A model generated the notes under the pieces. It had not been told where the DNA came from. It searched no databases and worked only from the letters and a program-made list of their open reading frames with translations. Shown in pieces: positions 9,537-19,610 of a stretch of 64,000 bases of DNA (its first letter is position 1; the number at the start of each line of letters is the position of its first letter). The stretch is from Gammaproteobacteria bacterium. GTDB taxonomy: Bacteria; Pseudomonadota; Gammaproteobacteria; Pseudomonadales; Ketobacteraceae. A program made the position numbers and the translations under genes. Where the stretch lies: contig JABLXQ010000009.1 in NCBI GenBank assembly GCA_013178375.1, positions 82,347-146,346 of the forward strand, written 5' to 3'.

Positions 9537-10727
9537 ATGGTCATCCACCCGAAGGTAAAAGGTTTTATCTGCACCACGGCACATCCGGTGGGGTGCGCAG
9601 CCAACGTCAACGAACAGATCCGGTTTGTGCAGGGCCACGGTCCTATTGCAAACGCACCCAAGCGCGTGCTGGTGATCGGCGCGTCCACCGGTTACGGCCT
9701 GGCATCGCGCATCACTGCCGCATTTGGTTGCGGCGCCGCGACCCTCGGCGTGTTTTTTGAAAGGCCCGCCGCCGGCAAGCGCACCGGCACCGCTGGCTGG
9801 TACAACTCGGTGGCCTTCCAGAATGCAGCGGAAAAAGCCGGCCTCTATTCGAAGAACATCAACGGCGATGCGTTTTCCAATGCGGTAAAGGAAAAAGCCA
9901 TCGAACTGATCAAAGCCGATCTGGGCCAGGTGGATCTGGTGGTGTACAGCCTGGCATCGCCGCGCCGTCAGCATCCGGACACCGGCGTCGTGTATTCATC
10001 CACGCTCAAGCCCATCGGCAAGGCAGTCACGCAAACCGGCCTCGACACCGATCGCGAGATCATCAAGCAATTCACGCTGGAACCGGCAGCGCAGGAAGAC
10101 ATCGACAACACCGTGACCGTGATGGGTGGCGATGACTGGGAACGCTGGCTGGCGGCCCTGAGCAAGGCCGGCGTGCTGGCGCCGGGTTGCAAGACCACGT
10201 CCTACACCTATGTGGGCGAAAAAATTACCCGCGACATTTACTGGGACGGCACCATCGGCGCGGCGAAAAAAGACCTGGACCGTGCCGCCACTGCACTGCG
10301 TGGCAAGGGCTTCGACGCCACCGTGTCGGTGCTGAAAGCGGTGGTGACACAATCCAGCGCGGCGATTCCGGTGATGCCGCTGTATCTTGCGCTGCTGTTC
10401 CGGGTGATGAAGCAGGACGGCTCCCACGAGGGCTGCATCGAGCAGGTTTACCGCCTGTTCAGCGAGTGCCTGTACAACGCCAATCCGCGCAAGGATGCAG
10501 AAGGCCGCAACCGGGTGGACGAAAAAGAGGTGCGCCGTGAAATTCAGGGCGAGGTGGAAAAACTGTGGCCGCTGGTAACCACCGAGAACCTGAATGACAT
10601 CAGCGATTTTCGCGGCTTCCGCGCCGAGTTTCTGAAACTGTTCGGCTTTGGCGTGAACGGCGTGGATTACGATGCGGATGTGGATGCGGAAGTGCAGGTG
10701 AATAATCTGGTGGATATGACGCAGTAA
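9537..10727 (+). CDS. fabV: Enoyl-[acyl-carrier-protein] reductase FabV (trans-2-enoyl-CoA reductase family).
   Basis: AAGGA RBS then ATG at 9537. [93 protein letters not shown] and NLFGFG match FabV almost block for block. Confidence 0.9.
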   Translation: MVIHPKVKGFICTTAHPVGCAANVNEQIRFVQGHGPIANAPKRVLVIGASTGYGLASRITAAFGCGAATLGVFFERPAAGKRTGTAGWYNSVAFQNAAEKAGLYSKNINGDAFSNAVKEKAIELIKADLGQVDLVVYSLASPRRQHPDTGVVYSSTLKPIGKAVTQTGLDTDREIIKQFTLEPAAQEDIDNTVTVMGGDDWERWLAALSKAGVLAPGCKTTSYTYVGEKITRDIYWDGTIGAAKKDLDRAATALRGKGFDATVSVLKAVVTQSSAAIPVMPLYLALLFRVMKQDGSHEGCIEQVYRLFSECLYNANPRKDAEGRNRVDEKEVRREIQGEVEKLWPLVTTENLNDISDFRGFRAEFLKLFGFGVNGVDYDADVDAEVQVNNLVDMTQ

Positions 10728-10751
10728 TTTTTACGCCGCGTCAGTCGCGCA

Positions 10752-10794
10752 ATAAAAACGCCGGGCTGTGATCACACAACCCGGCGTTTTTATT
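10752..10794. terminator. Bidirectional rho-independent terminator between the convergent fabV and DUF349 genes.
   Basis: AATAAAAACGCCGGGctgTGTGATCACAcaaCCCGGCGTTTTTATT: an 8-bp GC stem with an A-run upstream and a T-run downstream. The loop itself contains the palindrome TGTGATCACA. Confidence 0.7.
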
Positions 10795-10822
10795 GAATCG
10801 TTTTTTTTCGGAGGGTCCGGCC

Positions 10823-13708
10823 TCAACCACCCGCCTTCTTCAACACCGCCTTGAACCGCTTGCCGAACTGCGCCCGCAGAGCCGCTGCCACCGGCCCCAC
10901 CAGACACCACTCCACCTGAAGCTGTTCAATCCGCTCGGCATCGCTGAGCGCATTGGCCTGCCGCTGCTGCAATCCGCTCGACAGCCGGTTCACCTGCAAC
11001 TCCATGCGTCGCTTCTGATCTTCCTGCGGCGATTCCACACCGGCAAGAATTTCCAGCCGGATGCACAGGTCGTGCAGCTGGCTGGCATTCTTTTCCAGTT
11101 CAGCCGCTGTCGGCTTGTCGGCTTTCTGCAGACGGGCAATCGCACCTTCATAGCGCGCCTGCAATCCGGCCTGCGCTGCGGCTGGCACATCGCGATCGCT
11201 GCTCCACTCCGCTTCCGGCGCAGCGCCAAACAGGTCGCCCTGGGTGGATGCCAGCAGCGTATCTTCCAGTTCATCGCAGACACCGGCGCGGCGCCACAGC
11301 TCGACAAAATATTCCTGCCGATGCTGGGCCTGGGCATTGGTCAGGCCTTGCTGGAAATGGGCACACACGGCCTTGAAGCGCTTTTGCAGCGTATCGTGAT
11401 GCTCGCGCGGCAATTGGCCCAGATCGGTAAAACGTTGTTTCAGTTGCTGGAATTCCTGCTGTGCCGCCGCCAGATCCTGAAAATCACTTTCCGCCAGTTG
11501 CTCGATCTGTTCGCACAAATGCTCCGCATGCACCACGTTCTGCTCGCGCTCTTTCTGCGCGGCCACGCGCTGCTGGTCGCGACGCTCGAAAACGCTGTCG
11601 CAGGCAGCGCGAAAGCGTTTCCACAGGCGGGCGTCATCGCGACGCGATACCAGCCCGACTTCTTTCCACTGCTTCTGCAGTGTCTTGACCTGATCGATGG
11701 TGTCGGTGGCATCACTCTGCGCCAGGGCCTCGGCGCGTTCAATCAGTTGCTCACGACGGATGCGGTTGCGGTTGAATTCGTCCTGCAGCTTGCCGCGCAA
11801 CTGGTCCAGCAGACCGTTGAAGCGGTCCTGGATCTGCTTGCCTTCCTTGCGCTCCACCGGCGTGTACAGGCGCCACTCTTCCTTCGCGGTTTCATAGACT
11901 TCGTTCACCGCTTTCCAGTTGGCATTGGCCCAGTCGTATTGCGTCAGGTACAGCTGCAGCTGGTCGCAAATGCGCTGGCGGTCCGCCAGATTTTTCTGGC
12001 GCACGCTGGCCAGTTTTTCAAAATATTCGCGGCAGGGTTCGTAGGCTTTTTCGGCGGCAACGCTGAAGCGATCCCACAATTCCTTGTTGCGGCCCTTGTC
12101 GGCCTCGCCTAGAGCGCGCCACTCATCCTGCAGACGGCGGATCTTGTTCGACAGCGCCTGCGGCTCGACGGCGGCGCCCACCAGCGTTTCCATCTCGTGA
12201 CACAGCTCTTCTTTTTTCGGCGTGGACACGAAACCCTGCCAGTCGCGCAGTTCGTTCACCTGGATGGTGAGTTCCCGCAGCTGCTTCTGGTAGCCGGTGG
12301 CGGTCTTGATCGGCAGGTGTTTCACCAGGTGGCTGGCGTCCCGCAGCAAACGGTTGGCGGACTTCAGCTGACCCTGTTCGATCTCTTTTTTCAGGTCGGC
12401 GAAGATGCCCTTGATGTTGCTGATCGCATCCTGCTCCAGCGTGGTGGCTTTCTGTTGCAGATGCTCGCAGTGGTGCTGTGCCTGCTGGAGCAGTTTCAGC
12501 GATTCGGGCCAGGCCAGTTCTTCCGGCCACTGCAGGTCGCCGATGGCATTTTCGAGCAGCTTGCGCATTTCCACCAGCGTGGTCATGGTGGCTTCCTTCA
12601 CGTCGAGCACAGTGTTGGCGGCACGGACGATGGACTCCTGGTGCTCCGCCAGTTTGCGTACGGCGTCCAGCGCCCGTTGCAGCAACGCGTGGATGCGCAG
12701 GAAACGCTTGCGTTCGTCGGCAGCCGGTTCCACCACGCTGGCAGCTTCATCCCAGCGGATTTTCTGGGTGCTGAGCAGGGCCTGTAGCGCGGGAATGTCC
12801 GACGGCTGCAGCACGGCGTTGAAGCTCAGCTGCTTGACCGCTTCTTCCAGCTGTTCGCAGGCGGCCATGCGTTCGTGCAAGGCATCGCGCCGGCGCTGCA
12901 CTTCTTCCTGCTGGCGGTTCTGTTCGTTGTGAATATCGTCGACGGTGGCCTTGCACAGGGTGTAGGCGCGATTGAAACGGTGGCTGGCTTCGTTGTCGGC
13001 GTGATGCTGCAGCCGGTGCCACTGCTTCTGCAGATGTTCCAGTTTCGGTGCGTACAGATTGTCGTAGGGCAGCCGCGAGAGCATTTCGATGCTCTGACAC
13101 AGCTCGGCAATCTGCTGTTCGATGCCTGCCTCTTCCTGCTGTTCGCTGCGGATCAGGTTCAGCTTGTCCTTGCAGATGCGCCAGACACCCTTGTCCTTGC
13201 CTTTGCTGGCCTTGATCACCCGCTCCAGCGCCGCTTCGCGGTGCAGCTTCTGCGCCGCCGCCTGCCGCATCTGCGCCAGCGGCAGGTTCAGCGCATAGCC
13301 TTCCAGCACCGTTTCGTCATTCACCAGTTCCAGCGCCTGCAAACCGAGCGCCACATTCTGGGTCTGCTCGATGATGGCAACCAGGGCCCTGGTATCCAGC
13401 CCCGCCAGCATGGATTTCAGATCGCTGTCGGCGCCGCTGGCAGACTGCGTCAGCACATTGATCAGGTGTTCGATGGCACGGTTGCGCACGGTGCCATCTT
13501 TTTCCTGCTGGATCAGGGTAATCAGTTTGTCGCGCTGGGGAATGCGCTTGAGCGCCGCCAGCCGCACTTCATTTTCGGTATCGCCCTTCGCCATCAGTTC
13601 GATGATGTGAAAATCGTTGGCGTCATTGACGTTGAGATTCTGCAGGGCCTGAATCCGCACCTGGGGTTTGGCGCTTTGCCATTTGGGCTTGAACAATTTT
13701 TTGAACAT
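10823..13708 (-). CDS. DUF349-repeat protein (961 aa, helical).
   Basis: Repeated about 70-aa units with W/F-x-R-F signatures (KELWDRFSVAAEKAYE, ARLWKRFRAACDSVFERR, LQKRFKAVCAHFQQ, IQDRFNGLLDQLR). Highly charged, predicted all-alpha. Its start overlaps the folA stop. Confidence 0.6.
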   Translation of the reverse strand: MFKKLFKPKWQSAKPQVRIQALQNLNVNDANDFHIIELMAKGDTENEVRLAALKRIPQRDKLITLIQQEKDGTVRNRAIEHLINVLTQSASGADSDLKSMLAGLDTRALVAIIEQTQNVALGLQALELVNDETVLEGYALNLPLAQMRQAAAQKLHREAALERVIKASKGKDKGVWRICKDKLNLIRSEQQEEAGIEQQIAELCQSIEMLSRLPYDNLYAPKLEHLQKQWHRLQHHADNEASHRFNRAYTLCKATVDDIHNEQNRQQEEVQRRRDALHERMAACEQLEEAVKQLSFNAVLQPSDIPALQALLSTQKIRWDEAASVVEPAADERKRFLRIHALLQRALDAVRKLAEHQESIVRAANTVLDVKEATMTTLVEMRKLLENAIGDLQWPEELAWPESLKLLQQAQHHCEHLQQKATTLEQDAISNIKGIFADLKKEIEQGQLKSANRLLRDASHLVKHLPIKTATGYQKQLRELTIQVNELRDWQGFVSTPKKEELCHEMETLVGAAVEPQALSNKIRRLQDEWRALGEADKGRNKELWDRFSVAAEKAYEPCREYFEKLASVRQKNLADRQRICDQLQLYLTQYDWANANWKAVNEVYETAKEEWRLYTPVERKEGKQIQDRFNGLLDQLRGKLQDEFNRNRIRREQLIERAEALAQSDATDTIDQVKTLQKQWKEVGLVSRRDDARLWKRFRAACDSVFERRDQQRVAAQKEREQNVVHAEHLCEQIEQLAESDFQDLAAAQQEFQQLKQRFTDLGQLPREHHDTLQKRFKAVCAHFQQGLTNAQAQHRQEYFVELWRRAGVCDELEDTLLASTQGDLFGAAPEAEWSSDRDVPAAAQAGLQARYEGAIARLQKADKPTAAELEKNASQLHDLCIRLEILAGVESPQEDQKRRMELQVNRLSSGLQQRQANALSDAERIEQLQVEWCLVGPVAAALRAQFGKRFKAVLKKAGG

Positions 13709-13714
13709 GGTCGT

Positions 13715-14218
13715 TTAGGATCGTCTGCGTTGATAGGTCACAATGCTGAAAGCAATTGCGGAATCCGCCCCCGCGGCCACATCCTGGCGTTCGGTTTCCT
13801 GCCACTGCTCAACGTCGAGCGGCGGAAAAAACGCGTCGCCTTCCGGCGACAGATGCACTTCGGTGACGTAGAGCGTGTCAACCAGCGGCAATGCCTGGCG
13901 GTAAATCTCGGCGCCGCCAATCACCACCACTTCGTTGCTGGAAGAATCGGTTAACCGTTGCGCCTGTGCCAGCGCATCCTGCAGCGAATGCGTCAGATGG
14001 CACTGGTCGGGCAACGTCATGTTGTTGCGGCTGATGATGACATGGGGCCGGCCCGGCAGCACGCGGCCCAGGGACTCAAACGTCTTGCGGCCCATGATGA
14101 TGGGCTTGCCCAGGGTGCGTGCCTTGAAATGCTTCAGGTCGGCCGGCAGATGCCAGGGCAACTCATTGTTACGGCCGATCACGTTGTTGTCGGCCTTGGC
14201 CACGATCAGCGAAATCAT
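13715..14218 (-). CDS. folA: Dihydrofolate reductase.
   Basis: MISLIVAKADNNVIGRNNELPWHLPADLKHFKARTLGKPIIMGRKTFESLGRVLPGRPHVIISR is canonical DHFR. Confidence 0.95.
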   Translation of the reverse strand: MISLIVAKADNNVIGRNNELPWHLPADLKHFKARTLGKPIIMGRKTFESLGRVLPGRPHVIISRNNMTLPDQCHLTHSLQDALAQAQRLTDSSSNEVVVIGGAEIYRQALPLVDTLYVTEVHLSPEGDAFFPPLDVEQWQETERQDVAAGADSAIAFSIVTYQRRRS

Positions 14219-14247
14219 GCAGTCGAATCCCTCCGGACCGTTCCGGG

Positions 14248-15081
14248 TCAGATCGCCACCGGCGCCTTGATGGCCGGGTGAGGATCATAACCCTGCAATT
14301 CGAAATCGTCGTAGGTGAAATCGAACAGGGATTTCACCGCCGGATTCAGTTTCATGACCGGCAGCGGGCGCGTCGCGCGGCTCAGCTGCAGATCGACCTG
14401 CTCCATGTGATTCAAATAAATATGCACGTCGCCGAAGGTGTGCACGAAATCACCGGGCTGCAGACCGCACACCTGCGCCACCATCAGCGTCAGCAAGGCA
14501 TAGGACGCAATATTGAACGGCACGCCGAGAAACACATCGCCGCTGCGTTGATACAGCTGGCACGACAGCCGGCCTTCCACCACATAAAACTGGAACAGAC
14601 AGTGGCACGGTGGCAACGCCTGTTTTCCCGCCGCGGCATTTTCCTTCGGCGAGAATTTCACGTCCGGCAGCACCACCGGATTCCAGGCGCTCAACACCAG
14701 ACGGCGCGAATCCGGATTGCGTTTGATTTCATCCAGCAGTTGTTGCAACTGATCGACGGTTTCACCATTGGGGCCTTCCCAGCTGCGCCACTGCTTGCCA
14801 TACACCGGGCCCAGTTCGCCGTTGGCATCGGCCCATTCGTCCCAGATCGAAACGCCGTTTTCCTTCAGGTAGGCGATGTTGGTTTCGCCGCGCACGAACC
14901 ACAGCAGTTCGTGAATAATCGATTTCAGATGCACTTTCTTGGTGGTGACCAGCGGAAAACCGTCCGCCAGATTGAAGCGCATCTGATAACCGAACAGGCT
15001 GGTGGTGCCGGTGCCTGTTCGATCACTTTTGGTAACACCGTTTTCTTTGATATGGCGCAATAGATCGAGATACTGTTTCAT
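14248..15081 (-). CDS. thyA: Thymidylate synthase.
   Basis: [36 protein letters not shown] ... [12 protein letters not shown] (active-site Cys) ... is canonical ThyA. Confidence 0.95.
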   Translation of the reverse strand: MKQYLDLLRHIKENGVTKSDRTGTGTTSLFGYQMRFNLADGFPLVTTKKVHLKSIIHELLWFVRGETNIAYLKENGVSIWDEWADANGELGPVYGKQWRSWEGPNGETVDQLQQLLDEIKRNPDSRRLVLSAWNPVVLPDVKFSPKENAAAGKQALPPCHCLFQFYVVEGRLSCQLYQRSGDVFLGVPFNIASYALLTLMVAQVCGLQPGDFVHTFGDVHIYLNHMEQVDLQLSRATRPLPVMKLNPAVKSLFDFTYDDFELQGYDPHPAIKAPVAI

Positions 15082-15096
15082 GGATCGAACGCGGCC

Positions 15097-15906
15097 TCAG
15101 ATCTTGGAATTGGAATACGAAGAATGACGCCCGTAAGCGCAATAAAGCAGGACCAGTCCCACCGCGATCAGCGGCAGCGACAGCAGCTGGCCCATGGTGA
15201 GCCAGTCAAAGGCGACGAAGCCCAGTTGCACATCGGGCTGGCGCGCAAATTCCACGATGAAACGGAACAGGCCGTAAAACAGCGCGAACAGGCCGGATAC
15301 CGCATAACGGGGCCGCGGCTTGCGGGAAAAGAACCAGAGGATGCTGAACAGCACCAGTCCTTCCAGCGTGGCCTGATACAGCTGCGACGGATGCCGTGCC
15401 AGATTGTCCACGTGCGGGAACACCATGCCCCAGGGTCCATCGGTGGGGCGCCCCACCAGTTCGCCGCCGATGAAATTGCCGATGCGGCCCAGGCCCAGTC
15501 CGATCGGCACGATGGGCGCGCCGAAATCCAGCACATCCCAATAGTGTTTCTGCGTATTACGCGCGAACAGCAGCACTGCGATCATCACTCCCAGCATGCC
15601 ACCGTGAAACGACATGCCGCCGTTCCAGACCTGGAACAGGGTGAGGGGGTTATCGAGAAAGGCGCCGAAATTGTAGAACAGTACATAACCGATGCGGCCA
15701 CCCAGGATCACGCCCAGGGCGCCGTAGAAAATCAGGTCGCTGACCTGTTCGGTGGTCCAGCCGGACTGGGGCTGGCGGGCACGCCGGTTCAGCAACATGA
15801 AACCGGACAGAAAGCCGGCGAGGTACATCAGGCCGTACCATCGGATGTCGAGAGGGCCTATGGAAATCGCGACCGGATCGATCTTCGGGAAAGTCAGCAT
15901 GGGCAA
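15097..15906 (-). CDS. lgt: Prolipoprotein diacylglyceryl transferase.
   Basis: [35 protein letters not shown] and [19 protein letters not shown] are Lgt signature blocks, in the conserved lgt-thyA order. Confidence 0.95.
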   Translation of the reverse strand: MPMLTFPKIDPVAISIGPLDIRWYGLMYLAGFLSGFMLLNRRARQPQSGWTTEQVSDLIFYGALGVILGGRIGYVLFYNFGAFLDNPLTLFQVWNGGMSFHGGMLGVMIAVLLFARNTQKHYWDVLDFGAPIVPIGLGLGRIGNFIGGELVGRPTDGPWGMVFPHVDNLARHPSQLYQATLEGLVLFSILWFFSRKPRPRYAVSGLFALFYGLFRFIVEFARQPDVQLGFVAFDWLTMGQLLSLPLIAVGLVLLYCAYGRHSSYSNSKI

Positions 15907-15927
15907 AACCTTTAGGGAATCTCGGAT

Positions 15928-15960
15928 GCGAATGCCGGCGCTGGCGCCGCGAGCATTCGC
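15928..15960 (-). terminator. GC-rich hairpin between the A-domain gene and lgt (terminator or attenuator candidate).
   Basis: GCGAATGC-CGGCGCtgGCGCCG-cga-GCATTCGC is a nested perfect palindrome. There is no clear U-tract, so its function is uncertain. Confidence 0.3.
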
Positions 15961-16014
15961 GCGAGCGAAGTAGTGTACACGATTGGGTGCGGGAGGGCAT
16001 GGGGTGGGCGGCGG

Positions 16015-17556
16015 TTACGGCGCCAGCAGGGCCTGCAGCGCGCCGTAATCCACCTTGCCGTTGGCGTTCACCGGCAGGCGCTCCAGGGTCAGGATCTGGC
16101 GCGGCTGCATGTAGGCCGGCAGGGTGGCTGTCAATTGCGCAAGTACCTCTTCCTCCGGCAGCCAGGGCTGCACCACAAACCCGACCACACCGGTGAACAG
16201 GCCATCCGCACTGCGCGGCCAGGGCACCACGGCCGCCAGCTGGGTACCCGCCACCTGGCGCAGACAGTGTTCCACTTCCTGCAATTCCACCCGGTAGCCG
16301 TTGATCTTCACCTGGCGATCCAGCCGCCCGGCGTAGAGGATGCCGAAGTCCGGATGGACGGTGGCGCAATCACCAGTGCGGTACCAACGCGTTTCATCGC
16401 ACCCGGCAAACCACTGCTGCACGAACACGGCAGCGGTTTTTGCGGCGTCCGCCAGATAACCCGCACTGAGCTGCGTGCCCGCCAGCCAGAGCTCACCGCT
16501 TTCACCGGGCGCCGCCAGCGTCGCGTCCTCACGCACCACGCGGGCCTGCTGGCCGGGATAGGGCCAGCCGATAGGCACCACGCTCAGCTGGCGCCAGTCG
16601 TCGCGATCGCGCTGCAGCTCGAACGCGGTGATGGCAATGGTGGCCTCGGTGGGGCCGTACAGGTTGGCGACGCGGGCGTTGGGCGCCGCATCCAGCCAGG
16701 CCAGGGCGCTGGCGGTGGGCAGCGCCTCGCCACAGAAAAAAGAAAATTGCAGCGACGGCAGCACGCCCGGCCGCAACAATCCGCTCTGCTTGGCGATGCT
16801 GGCCATGGAGGGTACGGAAAACCAGACCTGGATCTGCTGCCGGCGCACGAACTGCAGCGGCATCAGCAGATCCTGGGCGGTGGGAATCACCAGACAGCCG
16901 CCCTGCTGCCAGCACACGAACAGATCATGTACCGACAGATCGAAGGTGAGATCAAACATCTGCGAGTAACGCAGGCCCGCCGGCAGGGGATACAGGGCGT
17001 GGAAATTCCGCAGGTAGGCGAGCAGGTTGCCCACGCTGACCGGGATGCCCTTGGGCACGCCGGTGGTGCCCGAGGTGAACAGCAGGTAGGCCGGCAGGTC
17101 GGCGGCGAATTGCGCCAGCGGCGGTGACTGATCCGATGGCTGAATCAGGCGGGCGTCCGGCACGGCCTCATCCAGCGCCAGCACCGACTGTAAATTCGCG
17201 TCTTCCGCCAGACGCTGGCACTGGTCCGCCGCTTCCCCGCCCGCCACCAGCACCCGCGCAGCGGACAGCGTCAACATGCGCTGGTTGCGGGCATCGGGAA
17301 ACGCCGGATTCAGCGGTACCCAGGTAAAGCCCTCGGCCGCACAGGCCAGGATCGCCACATACGCCACCAGGCTGCGGCTGGCCAGCACGGCGACGGGATC
17401 GCCGGTCTGCACGCCGCAGTCGCGCAATGCAACACGACAGCCGTTGACCCAGAGCCCCAGCTCGCGGTAAGAAAAAGTGCTGCCCTGCACACAGAGGGCG
17501 GGCGCATCCGGTGCGGAAAGGAAATTGCGGGCAAAGGTGTCGTGGTAAATATTCAT
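16015..17556 (-). CDS. Stand-alone NRPS-type adenylation domain (amino-acid activating).
   Basis: All A-domain core motifs are present: A3 LLFTSGTTGVPKG, A4 FDLTFDLS (Asp typical of alpha-amino substrates), A5 NLYGPTE, A7 YRTGD, A8 GRLDRQVKINGYRVELQEVE, A10 NANGKVD. There is no fused carrier or C domain. Confidence 0.8.
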   Translation of the reverse strand: MNIYHDTFARNFLSAPDAPALCVQGSTFSYRELGLWVNGCRVALRDCGVQTGDPVAVLASRSLVAYVAILACAAEGFTWVPLNPAFPDARNQRMLTLSAARVLVAGGEAADQCQRLAEDANLQSVLALDEAVPDARLIQPSDQSPPLAQFAADLPAYLLFTSGTTGVPKGIPVSVGNLLAYLRNFHALYPLPAGLRYSQMFDLTFDLSVHDLFVCWQQGGCLVIPTAQDLLMPLQFVRRQQIQVWFSVPSMASIAKQSGLLRPGVLPSLQFSFFCGEALPTASALAWLDAAPNARVANLYGPTEATIAITAFELQRDRDDWRQLSVVPIGWPYPGQQARVVREDATLAAPGESGELWLAGTQLSAGYLADAAKTAAVFVQQWFAGCDETRWYRTGDCATVHPDFGILYAGRLDRQVKINGYRVELQEVEHCLRQVAGTQLAAVVPWPRSADGLFTGVVGFVVQPWLPEEEVLAQLTATLPAYMQPRQILTLERLPVNANGKVDYGALQALLAP

Positions 17557-17701
17557 GCAGAATTTCGCTTCGTTTCCTGCCGGTTGACTACATTAAATTA
17601 CCAGACCACAGCACTCAAAACGGACCGGTTTCATTACAATTCCCGCGTCTGTTTTTTCGACCACTTCAACTTTGTCGATCACTTCACCGGGCCTGTTTGC
17701 G

Positions 17702-18589
17702 ATGGAAGAATCAATTGTCAGCACCTTTCTGATTCCTGGTGTGCTCGCCGCCATGATGGTGGGCATGGGCATGACGCTGCAACCGCTGGATTTCCAGCGT
17801 CTGTATCTGTATCCGAAAGCCGTTATCACAGGCCTGCTGGCGCAGGTGCTGCTGTTGCCGGCACTGGGTTTCCTGATCGTGTCACTGGTGCCGATGGCGC
17901 CGGAACTGGCGGTGGGGCTGATGATCATCGCGCTGTGTCCCGGCGGAGTCGGCTCCAATCTGCTGACCCTGTTGGCACGGGCCGACAGCGCACTGTCCAT
18001 TACACTGACCGCCATCAGCAATGTGCTGATGGTGATCACGCTGCCGGTGTTCATCAATTTTTTCCTGCGCCATTTCATGGGCCAGGGTACCGACATCCAG
18101 CTGCCGGTGCTGCAGACCATCCTGTCCACTGCGCTGCTCACTGTTCTACCCATTGCGGTGGGGATGGCGCTGCGGCGCTATGCCGGCGATCTGTCGGGAC
18201 GCATAGAAACGGGCTTTCGCCGGCTGTCCGTGGCCGTACTGGTGCTGTTGATGCTGGGCATCGGCTGGCGCAACCGCGAGGTGTTCCTGAATTCGCTGTT
18301 GGATCTGGGACCCGCCGCGCTGGCACTCAATCTGGGTTCCATGGCGCTGGGTTTTGCGCTGGCCGCACTGGCCCGGCTGGAATTGTCGCAACGTGTCACC
18401 ATCGCCATTGAAACCGGCTTCCAGAATGCGGCGCTGGCCATCCTGGTGACCACCACCTTCCTGCACAATCCGCAAATGGCACTGGCACCGGCCTTTTACG
18501 GCGGCACCATGTTCATCGGCGGCTTTTTGCTGATTGGTCTGCTGAAACTGAAAGCCCCGCTGGCAACGACCAACGCCACAACCGGCTGA
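17702..18589 (+). CDS. Bile acid:sodium symporter (BASS/SBF) family transporter.
   Basis: About 9 TM, with the family-typical ALCPGGVGSNLLTLLARAD motif. I chose the ATG at 17702; the listed ORF begins at a TTG at 17672. Confidence 0.7.
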   Translation: MEESIVSTFLIPGVLAAMMVGMGMTLQPLDFQRLYLYPKAVITGLLAQVLLLPALGFLIVSLVPMAPELAVGLMIIALCPGGVGSNLLTLLARADSALSITLTAISNVLMVITLPVFINFFLRHFMGQGTDIQLPVLQTILSTALLTVLPIAVGMALRRYAGDLSGRIETGFRRLSVAVLVLLMLGIGWRNREVFLNSLLDLGPAALALNLGSMALGFALAALARLELSQRVTIAIETGFQNAALAILVTTTFLHNPQMALAPAFYGGTMFIGGFLLIGLLKLKAPLATTNATTG

Positions 18590-18633
18590 GTCACTGACAG
18601 CTGAGCCACTGCCTCCGCAAAAAAAGGCAGCGC

Positions 18634-19584
18634 TCAATTCTGTGTCAGCCGATCCACCCAGCCCTGCAGCAGATTCTGCAGCATGGCATCATCAGGACGC
18701 AGGAACGGATGCAGAGCAAGTGTCAGTGTCAGGCAACCATTGAACGTGGCCGCCGCCGCACCGATCGGTGCGGTGCGCGTGCAGGGTGGCGTAAAAAATA
18801 AATAGGGTGCCGCACTGGCATCCCAGTTCCACACACCCAGGTTCGAAAAAGTGCCCATCTGGCTGTTGTTGCTGCCGTAATAACGCTGCACCTGCTTACG
18901 CACCAGACCCGGTCCGAACCGGCAAATCGTGGTGAGAAAATCCCAGCTGCCCCAATGGTGACCGGCATCGAACAGGCCACGAATAATCCGGTGCACCTGC
19001 GCGGGGGAATCCGCATCTTCAAACACCACCGTCACGATGGAGGACTGGTTTTCCTCCACGCTGTCGGCCCGCACCGCGCCGCGCAGATTGATGGTATTGC
19101 CCCACGCCCGCGGCGTGACGGCAGCCGTAAGCTGCTGCGCCGCGACACCGCTCAATGCCCACAGCAGAAAGCTGTTCAGTGTCACCTGCTGGCGCTTGGA
19201 GTTGGCGAGAATCGCCTGGGTCTGCTCCACACTCAGCACCCGCCCCAGACGCAGCGTGGACAGCTTGGCAACGCGGCCATCCGGTGTCGGTGTCCACTGC
19301 CTCCACTGCACCGGCTGCGGTGTGCGGGTGCGGAATTTGCGCCAGGCATAGCGCACCCGCTGCAAGCGCCCGGGCACCACGCCCGCATAGCGCGGCACAT
19401 CGATGCTGACGCCCTGCTGTTTCAGCGCATGCAGGAACATGCCCATGCCATCCACTTCCTGATGCCGCAGATAATGCCAGTGCACCGGATCGTCGTTGCC
19501 ACGCACCGGCGCATAGGCGATGTCCGGATCGTCACCGAATTCCTCCAGAATATCGAACAGGCGGTGAATGTAGTGCGCGGGCAT
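18634..19584 (-). CDS. Hypothetical 316-aa protein, possibly a divergent acyltransferase.
   Basis: I recognise no family. The N-terminal HWHYLRHQEVDG loosely resembles the HHxxxDG acyl-transfer motif; this is weak. Confidence 0.35.
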   Translation of the reverse strand: MPAHYIHRLFDILEEFGDDPDIAYAPVRGNDDPVHWHYLRHQEVDGMGMFLHALKQQGVSIDVPRYAGVVPGRLQRVRYAWRKFRTRTPQPVQWRQWTPTPDGRVAKLSTLRLGRVLSVEQTQAILANSKRQQVTLNSFLLWALSGVAAQQLTAAVTPRAWGNTINLRGAVRADSVEENQSSIVTVVFEDADSPAQVHRIIRGLFDAGHHWGSWDFLTTICRFGPGLVRKQVQRYYGSNNSQMGTFSNLGVWNWDASAAPYLFFTPPCTRTAPIGAAAATFNGCLTLTLALHPFLRPDDAMLQNLLQGWVDRLTQN

Positions 19585-19610
19585 CGTTGCTCCTCAGGTG
19601 GCAGTGCGTT

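Noticed and set aside
10793-13954. Long +ORFs 10793..12112 (439 aa) and 12875..13954 (359 aa).
   Set aside because: Both are antisense to the DUF349 gene, which has a coherent repeat architecture and operon context.
15650-17127. ORFs 15650..16369 (-) and 15973..17127 (+) with Pro/Gly/Arg-rich products.
   Set aside because: They overlap lgt and the A-domain gene, whose products show complete family motifs. Their composition is an antisense artefact.
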